Below, piece by piece: positions 1 to 10,662 of a stretch of 64,000 bases of DNA (position 1 is its first letter; each line of letters starts with the position of its first letter). The DNA is from Okamejei kenojei. Its lineage: Eukaryota. The stretch spans positions 14,012,001 through 14,076,000 of the forward strand of contig CM069164.1 in the NCBI GenBank assembly GCA_035221665.1, in the 5' to 3' direction. The notes beneath the pieces are model-generated. The model was not told the origin of the DNA. It ran no database searches and saw only the letters and a list, made by a program, of their open reading frames with translations. The translations under genes and the position numbers were made by a program.

Positions 1-372
1 ACTGTTGGATCTGCAGCCTCGCAGCGCCTGAGGCCCGGGTTGGATCCTGACCTCGGGTGCCGTCCTACGGAGTGACCACGTGGGTTTCCTCTGGGTGTGC
101 TGGTTACACTCCAAAGACACGCGGGTTTGTAGGACTGAAGAAGGGTCTCGACCCAAAACGTCACCCATCCCTTCTCCCCAGAAATGCTGTCTGTCCCGCT
201 GAGTTACTCCAGCATTTTTGTGTCTATCTTTGGGTTAATGGGCCCGAGTGTATAGGGTATGGATGCGAAAGTGGGATAACATAGAACTAGTGGTAATGGG
301 TGATCGATGGTCGGACTGGACTTGGTGGGCTGAAGGGCCTTTTTCCGTGCTGTATGTATCTGAAACTAAAAC
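1..372 (+). mobile_element. HE1/V-SINE-like tRNA-derived SINE, interrupted at ~134-230 by a Penelope-derived unit
   Basis: B-box-like GGTTGGATCC, core GGGTTTCCTC...GTTTGTAGG and tail GAAGGGCCT..TCCGTGCTGTA..AAACTAAA, all shared with many copies in the window. Confidence 0.8.
135..230 (+). mobile_element. Penelope-like terminal-repeat unit with a degenerate minimal hammerhead (GAAA changed to AAAA)
   Basis: CTGAAGAAGGGTCTCGACCC-AAAACGTC (135-162) followed by the recurring ATGCTG..TGTCCCGCTGAGTTACTCCAGCATTTT segment. Confidence 0.7.
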
Positions 373-534
373 TCAATCACATTTGAAATAAAATAATTCT
401 GTTCCTATTCAGCTTTTTCCCATATTTTTGATTACAAGTGGTTACTAAATTTGGGTGAGGGGGGGGGGGGGAAGAATGAGTCAACAGAATTGCTCCTGTG
501 AAGTGAAAATTGTGATTTTTTTTATTCTTGAGGG

Positions 535-617
535 TAGCCATGATCATATTGAATGGCGGTGCAGGCTCGAAGGGCCGAATGGCCTACTCCTGCACCCATT
601 TTCTATGTTTCTGTTTC
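535..617 (+). mobile_element. CR1 (HER1-like) LINE 3' end
   Basis: CCATGATCATATTGAATGGCGGTGCAGGCTCGAAGGGCCGAATGGCCTACTCCTGCACC followed by a TTTCTATG-type tail. Confidence 0.8.
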
Positions 618-639
618 TAATTCCTGACACAAATACACA

Positions 640-980
640 GACACAATACAGAAAGAGGCCATTTGGCCCACAGGGTCGGTGCCAGCCACCAACCACCCAT
701 TTACACGCATCCTACACCAACCCTATTTTCTATTCCACCCACATTTTCATCAAACCCTTCCATTTTCCACCTCTCTCCTGCAACTAGGGGCAACTTACAG
801 CAGTCAGTTAACCTCTGAACAGGTACATCTTTGGAATGTGTGAGGAAGCTGGATCACCCTGAGGAAACCCGCATGCTCACAGGGAGAACGTGCAAACTCC
901 ACAGAGACAGTGACCCAGGTCAGGATTAAATCTGGGTCCCTGGTGCTGTGAGGCAGCAGCTCCATCCGCCGGCAGCACCG
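640..980 (-). mobile_element. Diverged HE1-like SINE
   Basis: Reverse complement matches the SINE head and core (GGGAGAACGTGCAAACTCCACA, GCTGTGAGGCAGCA). Confidence 0.7.
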
Positions 981-1005
981 TCCCGTCCCGTCCCGTCCCG
1001 TCCCG
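978..1005. repeat. (TCCCG)n microsatellite
   Basis: Five perfect TCCCG units at 981-1005. Confidence 0.9.
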
Positions 1006-1287
1006 GAGTTAATTAGTTGCCAGAATTTAAATTCCTCAGCTGCCAGGATGGGATGTGAACCGTTCAGGCCTTGAGATTATTACCCCAGTCGCCCACCCTC
1101 TCGGGCAAAGGGCTCGCAACTTCGGATGCATCTTGAAATGTGAAGAGAGCTTGGGCAAGGGGGGCTGACGAGAGGAGGATCAGTTCCCAAACCTCATGTG
1201 TAATGCACACCATGAATACAAAATGGAATATGCTGCCTTTCGGAGCCTGTGAAGTGAGCAGGAATGATGACAGAATAAATTACACCA

Positions 1288-1579
1288 GTATCACATTAGG
1301 CAAGAAATGTTTTAACAGCTCAGGCATGGCTCTTAAAATAATTGCACGGGATCCCAAACAAGATTATATCATGCTGTTCAAATGCTGTTCCGTGCTGTAT
1401 TATGAATTTTCACAATGAAATGTCAACACTGTCAGCCCAGAGCAAGGTTTTATTGAAACAATTCTGCTTGTATAATTACGTGGGGTAGCACGTGGTCCTC
1501 AGTTGTAGAGGATTATGCAGATAGTGCTCCACTTTAGTCAAACAGTGCTAATGCAGCTGTGCGCCAGATATTAAGCACA
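1288..1579 (+). repeat. Left arm of a 292-bp inverted repeat (probable donor copy)
   Basis: Reverse complement of 2532-2823 with 9 mismatches and no indels by manual alignment. Confidence 0.97.
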
Positions 1580-1784
1580 GCAACCAACAAAAACACAATT
1601 AATCAGATAATTAAGAAGAGATGAAAATAAATTTGAACTGATTAGAAGCACAAGGAAAATACCAGCTTCCAAACACACCTTCTAAGCCCACTGACGGGTT
1701 CAATGAGTTATGGTCATTCAGTGTGGAAATAGGCCCTTCGGCTCAACTGGCCAATAATTACCAACATGCCCCATCTACACTAGT

Positions 1785-1892
1785 AGACAAACTCAGCTGG
1801 TGGGGCAGCATCTATGGAGCGAAGGAAATAGGCAACGTTTCGGGCCGAAACCCTTCTCCAGACTCAGCATCTGCAATTCCTTCTTGAACATT
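1785..1892 (-). mobile_element. Penelope-derived unit inserted into a CR1 3' UTR, with a 14-bp TSD
   Basis: CCATCTACACTAGT at 1771-1784 and 1893-1906; degenerate hammerhead on the minus strand at 1834-1861. Confidence 0.75.
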
Positions 1893-1980
1893 CCATCTAC
1901 ACTAGTCCCACCTGCCTGCATTTGGCCCATATCCCACGAAAACATATCCGATCCATGTCATTGTTCAAACGTATTACAAT

Positions 1981-2160
1981 AGACACAAAATGCCGGAGTA
2001 ACTCAGCGGGACAGGCAGCATCTCTGGAGAGAAGGAATGGGCGGTGTTTCAGGCATCACCCGTTGCTTTTCTCCAGAGATACTGTCCTGTCCCACTGAGT
2101 TATTCTAGCATTTTGTGTCTACCTTTGGCATAATCCAGCATCTGCAGGTCCTTCCTGCAC
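1981..2160. mobile_element. Fold-back Penelope-derived unit
   Basis: AGACACAAAATGCCGGAGTAACTCAG... is inverted-complementary to ...CTGAGTTATTCTAGCATTTTGTGTCT. Confidence 0.75.
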
Positions 2161-2325
2161 GATGTTCCTCAAGTTCCTGGTGGTTTCATTGCAAGACCGC
2201 TGACTTTGGTTCCACAGTACCTCAGTAACTTATAAAATTACTAGCAGCTACAAATAACAAAAGATTTTGAGTGGTATGGTTCCACTCACAGATTGTCAGA
2301 GAGTTATGTAGTAAAGCCAAGTGTT

Positions 2326-2387
2326 CCCATTCCCTCTCTCCAGAGATGCTGCCGGCCGGCTGAGTTACTCCAGATTTTTGTGTCCAA
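2326..2387 (+). mobile_element. Truncated Penelope-derived unit with a 9-bp TSD
   Basis: CCAAGTGTT at 2317-2325 and 2388-2396 flanks CCAGAGATGCTGCC..GCTGAGTTACTCCAG. Confidence 0.7.
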
Positions 2388-2499
2388 CCAAGTGTTGCCT
2401 ACCAGTTTCACCTTCAGTGCAATCTCTGTAAGTTGTTATTTGTTGCACGTGGAATCAAAAAGTTAAGTGTGAAGTTTGTTGGTTGGCCCTCCCTTACCA

Positions 2500-3088
2500 T
2501 GCTTAGGGAGTGCCGCACTGTCAGTGACACATGTGGTCAACATCTGGCGCACAGCTGCATTAGCACTGTTTGACTAAAGTGGAGCTCTATCTGCATAATC
2601 CTCTACAACTGAGGACCACGTGCTGCCCCACGTAATTATACAAGCAGAATTGTTTCAATAAAATCTCGCTCTGGGCTGACAGTGTTGACATTTCATTGTG
2701 AAAATTCATAATACAGCACGGAACAGCATTTGAACAGCATGATATAATCTTGTTTGGGATCCCGTGCAATTATTTTAAGAGCCATGCCTGAGCTGTTAAA
2801 ACATTTCTTACCTAATGCGATACGAGGCCCTGTCTACTCGCACAGGATATACAAGACAGTGTGGCACTATATTGAAGAGTTAAGGAGATTCGGAATTAAA
2901 ACACTGTCTGTGTTGATGTTAATGCCTGAGCAACATCATTAAACGTGGATTATTTGGTATTTATCAAGTTTGCAAGAGTTCGATGTTTCCAAATTACAAC
3001 TGTGATTAACATCCAAAATCCGCTGTTAACGATTTTTGGGATATCCTAAAAGGGATGTGAAAGGCACTATAGAAATGCAATTCTCTTT
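2500..3088 (+). mobile_element. Old Deu-domain SINE (SacSINE1/AmnSINE1-like), interrupted by the right inverted-repeat arm
   Basis: AGGGAGTGCCGCACTGTC lies before the arm; GAGGCCCTGTCT..TGGCACTAT.TTGAAGA..CAACATCA..GTGAAAGGCACTATAGAAATGCAA follows it, in the order I recall for the Deu domain and its L2-like tail. Confidence 0.65.
2532..2823 (-). repeat. Right arm of the 292-bp inverted repeat (probable derived copy)
   Basis: About 97% identical reverse complement of 1288-1579. Confidence 0.97.
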
Positions 3089-3204
3089 GCTAAAGCTGCA
3101 GCTGACGTTTCTCCCTCTCCTCTGAAAATCGTTCTTGACACTCGTTCCATCCTATCCCCTTGATTTTTGGAGCTTCTTGTGAGATCACTTGGCTAAGACC
3201 ATGA

Positions 3205-3437
3205 TCTCAGAGAGTTGTGGGTCTGTGGAATTCTCTGCCTCAGAGGGCAGCGGAGGCCGGTTCTCTGGATACTTTTAAGAGAGAGCTAGATAGGGCCGTT
3301 AACGATAGCGGAGTCAGGGGATATGGGGAGAAGGCAGGAACGGGGTACTGGTTGGGGATGTTCAGCCACGATCACATTGAATGGCGGTGCTGGCTCGAAG
3401 GGCCGAATGGCCTCCTCCTGCACCTATTGTCTATTGA
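3205..3437 (+). mobile_element. CR1 (HER1-like) LINE 3' end
   Basis: Translates as LWNSLPQRAAEAGSLDTFKRELDR, followed by the conserved 3' UTR and a CTATTGT repeat tail. Confidence 0.9.
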
Positions 3438-4182
3438 TCAGAGTTGCGGCACTGCAGGGCTCCCGACCTTCCTGCAGTGAAGCCAGAAATATCTGTAGAA
3501 ACCAGGTGAACACGCCACACGATCAAACCTCCACAAATCCTGAAATCCTTGTGCGGCTCGAGTTGCTGCCTCACAGCGCCAGAGACCCGGGTTTAATCCT
3601 GACTACGGGCGCTGTCTGTGCAGAGTTTGCACGTTCCCCCTGTGACCGCAGCACCACTGTGCTGCCCCCCCCCCCCTTAAAAGTACACTTTCAGGCTGTG
3701 TGACTTGGATAGGGGGTTAGAAGTTCTCAGACAACTGCTGCCCTTGCCCGGCTAAGCGATAGAGGCTGAGGCTGTTGTCTGAGAGGCTTTGGTGAGTTGT
3801 TGCATTGGGGTTTAGTCGGCAGCCTGTAGTGAGGTCATGCTGGTGATCGGGGAGCCAGTCGAGAGGGTTACGTCACGCTGGATCTACGGGAGTGTTTCTA
3901 CAGCTGCACTTGTTCAGTCCAAATGGTTGTTTACAGAGAGGTCATTGAATCACAATCAAAGGTTTTAATCATGCCTTGCTTTACATTGGTAAATCCTTCA
4001 GTTAGCCCCCTGCCTGCTGGCCCGGCTGAGTTTCCCCAGTCCATTGAAACAAGAATCAGATTTGTTGGCCAACACCTCCTCGGCTGATGGTAATTTGCCA
4101 TCAACTTCTTTCTCTGATCACTGTTATACTCCACACCCTGTACAACCTGCTCCGGATTCCTTCCCTGAACCCCCTCTTTTTT

Positions 4183-4458
4183 TTAGTTTCGAGATACAGT
4201 GCTGAAACAGCCCCCTCGGCCCACCGAGCCCTCACCGACCAGTGGTCCCCGAGCACTATCACTATCCTACACACTAGGGACAATTTCCAATTAACCTACA
4301 AACCTTTACGCCTTTGGAGAGTGGGAGGAAACCGGAGCACCGGAAAATGCACGCGGTCACGGGGAGAACGTACAAACTCCATACAGACAGCACCCCCAGT
4401 CAGGATTGCACCCGGGTCTCTGGCGATGTGAGGTAGCAACTCTGCCTCTGCACTACCT
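4183..4458 (-). mobile_element. HE1/V-SINE-like SINE
   Basis: Reverse-complement match to the full-length copy at 27394-27712. Confidence 0.85.
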
Positions 4459-4628
4459 TGCCACCCTCTTGCTCTTTTAATCTCTCCCATCCTGATGGCC
4501 CGTTGCTTGAGTCAATGTCTCCTCTGAGATGCCCTGGAACATCAGCAGCGCTTCAGAAACACAGACTGCTGTTGAGTTCAATACACTTCGGTGGGTGTCG
4601 TTTGGAGGTGGTTAAAAGCCTATTGTTA

Positions 4629-5039
4629 AGGGGTTGTCCCACTTGGGCGACCTAATCCGCGAGTTCTGGCGAGTTTGCCCTCGACTCATACTCGCAGCAT
4701 GGTCGACGCGGGGTCGTAGGAGGTCTTTGTAACTCTCCTTCATGCTCGAGAGTGGTCCCCATGTACCTGAGGCCTCAGCTAGGTCACGGCGTATTTTTCA
4801 ACATGTTTAAAAATGCCCGTGAGTAAAAAAAGGTCGCCATGGAAAGATTCTATACTTTTTTACTCATAGGTTTAGTCGTAGTAGGTCGATATGTTAGTCG
4901 TAGGTAATCGAGGATAGTCGAAGGTAGTCGTAGATAGTCTTCATCATGGTCGAAGGGAGGTCGAAGGAGGTCTTCAACATGACATTTTTTCAAACTCTCC
5001 TAAACTCGCCAATTAGCTCGCCCAAGTGGGACAGCCCCT
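4629..5039. mobile_element. PIF/Harbinger-type MITE
   Basis: TIRs AGGGGTTGTCCCACTTGGGCGA / TCGCCCAAGTGGGACAGCCCCT, with TTA on both sides (4626-4628, 5040-5042). Confidence 0.85.
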
Positions 5040-5949
5040 TTAGCTTCCAAGCAGAGTTTGAAAGGAATGCAAGATTGTTGCTGACACAGCAAGCATTGCA
5101 CTCAAAAACTGCCACAGAGCACTTTTGGAAAACCTCCAACACATAATTCCTTCAAGGTCTTCAATAATCTGATGCAGAATGTTCGAGTGCCGAAAGAATC
5201 TAGTTATTCAACAGCTCACAGTCAAATGGCCGAGGCAGTTAGTGTTGTAATCCATTACAAATGAGCTGAAAGTGCGAACAACATACACAGAGGTGACTGC
5301 ATGAACCAACTATGTCAAGTGGATGATCTACAAGGGGCCAAGGTGGGTAAAAGGGAGAGTGGATGCTTCTTTTCCATTTTAATTTGCTGCTTTAAAGGGG
5401 CACCAAGGGAAGGGTGGGTGGGGCACCATCAAAAGGACAAGCCTTTGGACACAATGAATACATTTTATGTGAAAGGGAGGGCTTGCGAGCTGTAATATTT
5501 AAAAAAATCTGAATTTAAAAATTTTAAAAATCTCATCAAAGAAACCTTTCAGTCTAAAGTCAAGGTGGATGAAGTCCGAGCAGCGTTTTCCATTCCTTTA
5601 GTTCCTAATTTATGGAAGACTTCAGTTTCTTCCATGTCATCTTGGACTATAGTCTACATCTCATTGTTTCTGATTGAAATTTCTAAGATGTTGAGGAGTA
5701 CGAGAGGAGGGGGTGCTTCCTCTCGTGGGAGGGTCTAGAACAAGGAGTCACGATTTAAAAATAAAGAATTACCTATCTGAGATATGGATGTGGCAACAAC
5801 TTTTCTCCCAGGCGTATGAGTCTGTGGAGCTCCCTTCTTCCAGGGTGGAGAAAGCAGCATCTTTGAATATTTTTAAGGCAGAGGATGATAAATTCTTGAT
5901 AGGCAAGTGGGTGACCGGTTAGACTTGAGTATTGTACACGACTTTGACT

Positions 5950-6900
5950 TAGAGTGAAAACGGGCCCTTCAGCCCAACTTGACCACACCGGCCATCATGT
6001 CCCAGCTACAGTAGTCCCACCTGGCCGCATTTGATCCATATCCCTCCAAACCTGTCCTATCCATGTACCTGTCTTAAACGTTGAGACATTGAGTCCCTGC
6101 CTCAACTACCTCCTCTGGCAGCTTGTTCCATACACCCACCACCCTTTGTGTGAAAAGGTTATCCCTCAGATTCCTATTGAATCGTTTCCCCTTCATGGGC
6201 GGGGGGGGGCGGGACATGCTTCGTAACCCGAAATTATCCGGCCCGCGGGCATGTTTTCCTCTTCTTGTGAGGACCTCCGTCACCCAGAATGTCAGAACAA
6301 GCGCACGGTTAGCGTGGCGAAACCACGACCAGCCACGGTGGAGACCGACTGTCCCCCAAAACCCTCTGCTCAACGGCCGCTCAATCACAGCGCGGCTCAC
6401 AGTCGAGATATGGGGCACTGAACGAAGTGCTGTGATTAGCCACCGAGCGGGAGGGAGGGAGGGTGGGCCCCAATAGAGAGTCGGCCCCTGGGAGAGAGGG
6501 AGTTGGCCCTGTGAGGGAGGGAGAGAGGGAGAGAGATGGGGGGGAGTTGGCGGATGGCCTGCATTATCCCCCAGTCGAGCAACAACAACAAATAATAATT
6601 GTGCCACCCTCCCACACCCTGCCCCCGAGGCCGGTGATCAGTGATTGCAAAGCCCCCCCACTTTCAAAAACATTCCATGGCCCCTGCCCTTCACCTTAAA
6701 CCTTTGTCCTCTGGTCTCCGATTCACCTACTCTAGGCAAGAAACTCTGTGCATCTACCCAGTCTATTCCTCTCATGACCTTACAAGATCACCCCTCAACC
6801 TCCTGCGCTCCAAGAAATAGAGTCCCAGCCTGCTCAATCTTTCCCTCTAGTCTTGGCAACATTCTCATAAATCTTCTCTGTACTCTTTCCAGCTTGATTG
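5950..6900 (-). mobile_element. CR1 LINE 3' portion (second subfamily), interrupted at 6197-6686
   Basis: Minus strand translates KGKRFNRNLRDNLFTQRVVGVWNKLPEEVVEAG; the CR1 sequence resumes after the insert. Confidence 0.85.
6197..6686. mobile_element. GC-rich hAT-like non-autonomous insert with one recognisable terminus
   Basis: Flanked by CCCTTCAT (6189-6196) and CCCTTCAC (6687-6694); the right end reads CAGGGGCCATGGAATG on the minus strand. Confidence 0.5.
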
Positions 6901-7062
6901 TATCTATATGTGGTATATCAGATCTGTTTAAATTGCTTGCAAACCAAAGGTTTTCACTGTACCTTGCGACATGTCACAATAATCAACTGGAATCTAATCC
7001 TAAACAGAAATACAAAGGCAAGATTACAATCCGATCAGCCATGATCTTGTAGAGTCATAGTG

Positions 7063-7855
7063 CTGACGTATGGTGCCAGCACAATAACCTGGCCCTCAAC
7101 ACCTGCAAAACCAGGGAACTGATTGTGGACTTTAGAAGGAGTAGGATGGGGACCCACAGTCCTGTTTATATCAACGGGTCGATGGTTGAAAGGTCAAGAG
7201 CTTCAAATCCCTGGGCGTGCACATCTGTGAAGATCTTTCCTGGTCCGAGAACACAGATGCAATTATTAAGAAAGCTCATCAGCGCCTCTACTTCCTGAGA
7301 AAATTACGGAGAGTCGGTCTGTCAAGGAGGACTCTCTCTAACTTCTACAGGTGCACAGTAGAGAGCTTGCTGACCGGTTGCATCGTGGCTTGGTTCGGCA
7401 ACTTGAGCGCCCTGGAGAGGAAAAGGCTACAAAAAGTAGTAAACACTGCCCAGTCCATCATCGGCTCTGACCTTCCTTCCATCGAGGGGATCTACCACAG
7501 TCGCTGCCGCAAAAAGGCTGGCAGCATCATCAAGGACCCACACCACCCTGGCCACTCACTCATCTCCCTGCTACCTTCGGGTAGAAGATACAGGAGCCTG
7601 AGGACTGCAACGACCCGGTTCAGGAATACACAGCCTCCCCACAGCCATCAGGCTATTAAACCTGGCTCGGACAAAACTCTGAACATTAATACCCCTCCAT
7701 CTGTTATTTGCACTTTATTAATTTATTAATCCATGTGTGTATTTACGTATATAATTGCAGTCAATGCCTACTATGTTCTGTTCTGCTATGCAACAAAATA
7801 ATTTCATTGTCCTGTCAGGGACACATGACAATAAACTCTTTTGACTTTGACCTTG
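7063..7855 (+). mobile_element. Rex1/Babar non-LTR retrotransposon, 5'-truncated (end of ORF plus 3' UTR)
   Basis: WCQHNNLALNTCKTRELIVDFRR, then KKAHQRLYFLRKLRR..FYRCTVESLLTGCIVAWFGN..IIKDPHHPGHSL; tail ACATGACAATAAA plus TTGAC-type repeats; frameshifted. Confidence 0.9.
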
Positions 7856-7884
7856 ATGGATTTTCCAAGTGGATAGAAACTGCA

Positions 7885-8080
7885 TACAATTTTACCAAAG
7901 CCAATTGACCTACACACCTGTATGTCTTTGGAGTGTGGGAGGAAACCAGAGCACCTGGAGAGAACCCACGTGGTCGCAGGGAGAACGAACAAACTCCGCA
8001 CAGTAGCGTCCGTAGGTCGGGATCAAACCCGTGTCTCTGGCGCTGTAAGGCAGCGATTACCTCTGCACGACCGTGCCACT
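7885..8080 (-). mobile_element. HE1-like SINE, partial
   Basis: Reverse complement of the SINE head and core. Confidence 0.8.
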
Positions 8081-9239
8081 TTACAGGTGGCTTTCATTAG
8101 ATCTCTGAAGACAATGCAGATAACGGAAGGAACTGTAACAGTCAGTCTTCATCTCACCGAATAGGAGAAATTGGATGGGCTGAATGGCCTCTTCCTGTGT
8201 ATCTAGCAATGGGTAATCACTTGCAAGGATGATGGCCAAAAACATTCAATGCTCAATGACGATTATCCCAACCTCAAATAAAAACAGAGAATACAGGAGA
8301 TACTCAGCAGTTCGGGCAGCATCCGCGGGGAGAAATAATCGAGAGTTAATGTTTAAGGTTGTGTAGGAAGGAATTGCAGATGCTGGTTTAAACTGAAGAT
8401 AGACACAAAAAGCCGGAGTACACCAAAGATTGACACAAAACACTGGAGAAACCAAATTTTTGTCTACCTAAGGTTTAAGGTCGATCAGTTATCCCAGCCT
8501 CAATCAGCACATTTGAGAAAACAACTTCATTATAGATTCACACAATCGCCAATCTCATCGTAGCAACAAGAGTTCAGAACCAGTGATAGTCGGGCTATAA
8601 ATGCTGGCCTCGCCAACGACGGTCGCATCCCGAGGAAGCGGATAAATAAAAAAAAACATTAAAGTGAAAGCAATCTCGAGAAACATACATCTGGTACGAG
8701 AGAAGAAAATGGTTCTTTTGAAAACGATCACAGCAGTTGAATGATCACGCTATAGCTTCCATATAATCGCACTTACAAGCTCAATCCACAGGAGAAATAA
8801 TACTTTGTGAAGACAAATTAAACCAGTTTTATGTTGCTTTCACACTAATCCCCAGACAGAGTACTTTGTACAAAGCCAGATGAAGTACTCGTCCTAATAT
8901 ACTCTGGTTCTGAAGCACAAGTCTGATGTTTAGTTGCTAAGACACATTTGTTCAGGTCAGCCTAGGATGCAACAAAGAAAAGAGAATAACTGCCTGGATT
9001 GTTGTCTGCTTAGTTCAAGCAATGCCCTCCATTTCTACAGGTCATTTACACGCTAGATATTTTCTTATGGAGGCCATTCAGCCCATTGAGTCTATGCTAA
9101 CTCCCAGAGTAATCCCATCAGTCCCGTTCTCCCATTTATTTTCCCTGCTGCCTCACATGTTGATCAACTCCATTCTGATTCTCCCACCAGCCACTTACAT
9201 TAGGGATAATTTACGGCCATGAATTAAACCACCAACCAA

Positions 9240-9595
9240 TATGCAGGAAAAATGTTCCCAATGTTGGGCGAGTCCAGAACCAGGGGCCACAGTCTTAGAG
9301 TAAAGGTGAGGTCATTTAAGACGGCTGAGATGAGAAAAAACGTTTTCACCCAGAGAGTTGTGAATTTATGGAATTCCCTGCCACAGAGGGCAGTGGAGGC
9401 CAAATTACTGGATGGATTTAAGAGAGAGTTAGATAGAGCTCTAGGGGCTAGTGGAATCAAGGGATATGGGGAGAAGGCAGGCACGGGGTTATTGATAAGG
9501 AACGATCAGCCATGATCACAACGAATGGCGGTGCTGACTCGAAGGGCCGAATGGCCTCCTCCTGCACCTATTTTCTATGTTTCTATGTTTCTATG
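9240..9595 (+). mobile_element. CR1 (HER1-like) LINE 3' end
   Basis: MFPMLGESRTRGHSLRVK..FTQRVVNLWNSLPQRAVEA followed by a TTTCTATG repeat tail. Confidence 0.9.
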
Positions 9596-10429
9596 GATGC
9601 GGGACTCTTCAATTTTACGATTCTTAATGTTTCCAAGTTCTTTATGGGTTCACCACTCCCTCAATCTGAAATTCACTCCAGCTTACAGTCAGACATCTCT
9701 GCGCTCCTCGAATTCTGACCTCTCATATCATCTGCCCCTCTCTCATTAACCGTGCCCAAGCTTCACACCCTGAGCTCCAGAACCACCTTCCAAAGCCAAC
9801 CCACCACGATGCTTGAACACAACAAATACTGCTTTGCCTGAATTCTAATCAGTTCTATCCAATATCTATGTTGACATCCAAATGCTGGAGGAAACTAGCG
9901 TGTCAGGCAGCATCTGTGGAGGGAAATGGACAGTTTGTCTTTAGTCAGAGGGTGGTGAATCTGTGGAATTCATTGCCACAGAAGGCTGTGGAGGGCAAGT
10001 CAATGGATATTTTTAAGGCAGAGATCGGGTGTCAGGGGTTATAGGGAGAAAGCAGAGAATGGGTTTTGTTGGAAAGGCTTGATGGCGGAGTAGATGACCG
10101 AATTGATGTCTCGAGTTGTGAGCTAAAGATTGGTGGGGAGGAGGATATAGTCAGAGCCCACCCCTCCCACTGCCCTTTACATACTGGCTATCTCCCCACT
10201 ACTATTTCAGTCCAGTTAAAAGGTCCTGACCCGAAACATCAACTGCCCATTTCCCTCCACAGATGCTGCCTGTCCCACGGACTTCCTCCAGCAGTTTTGT
10301 TTGTGGCTTCAGAAACAGGGTTGGTGACCTTATTTACACGGTGAAAGGAATTACGTTAGACAGCAACAGCAAATGGGCCGGCCATTTTACAATCACACCA
10401 GTGGCTTTCCCTTGGTGAAGTATTGTGGG

Positions 10430-10570
10430 ATCACGCATTGGTCTGAGGTTTGGAGGTTCAGGTCCCCAGTCCAAAGTCCAACCGGACACCCAGCGCAGCA
10501 CTGAGGGGGAGCCACACTGCCAGAGAGACACCACGTTTCAGAAGAGATGATAAATTAGGCTGCATCTGTC
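10430..10570 (+). mobile_element. Degraded Deu-domain SINE fragment
   Basis: GCAGCACTGAGGGGGAGCCACACTG..TTTCAG..GAGATGATAAA..AGGC resembles the Deu-domain start, as at 2500. Confidence 0.45.
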
Positions 10571-10576
10571 CACCAA

Positions 10577-10662
10577 AGGTAGACACAAAATGCTGGAGTA
10601 ACTCAGGGAGCATCTCTGGAGAAAATGTATAGGTGACGTTTCAGGTCAAGATCCTTCTTCAG
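10577..10662 (-). mobile_element. Penelope-derived unit with intact hammerhead core residues
   Basis: Minus strand 10662-10635 reads CTGAAGA-AGGATCTTGACCT-GAAACGTC. Confidence 0.7.

Noticed and set aside
1288-2823. Interpretation of the long inverted repeat as transposon TIRs
   Set aside because: There is no outer TSD or known terminal motif, and the right arm alone interrupts a SINE that extends both inside and outside the pair.
7217-7729. 170-aa ORF that could be annotated as a host gene (ALKBH8 N-terminal-like domain)
   Set aside because: It is the Rex1/Babar C-terminus, with an upstream frameshift, a retroelement tail and a second copy at 41917.
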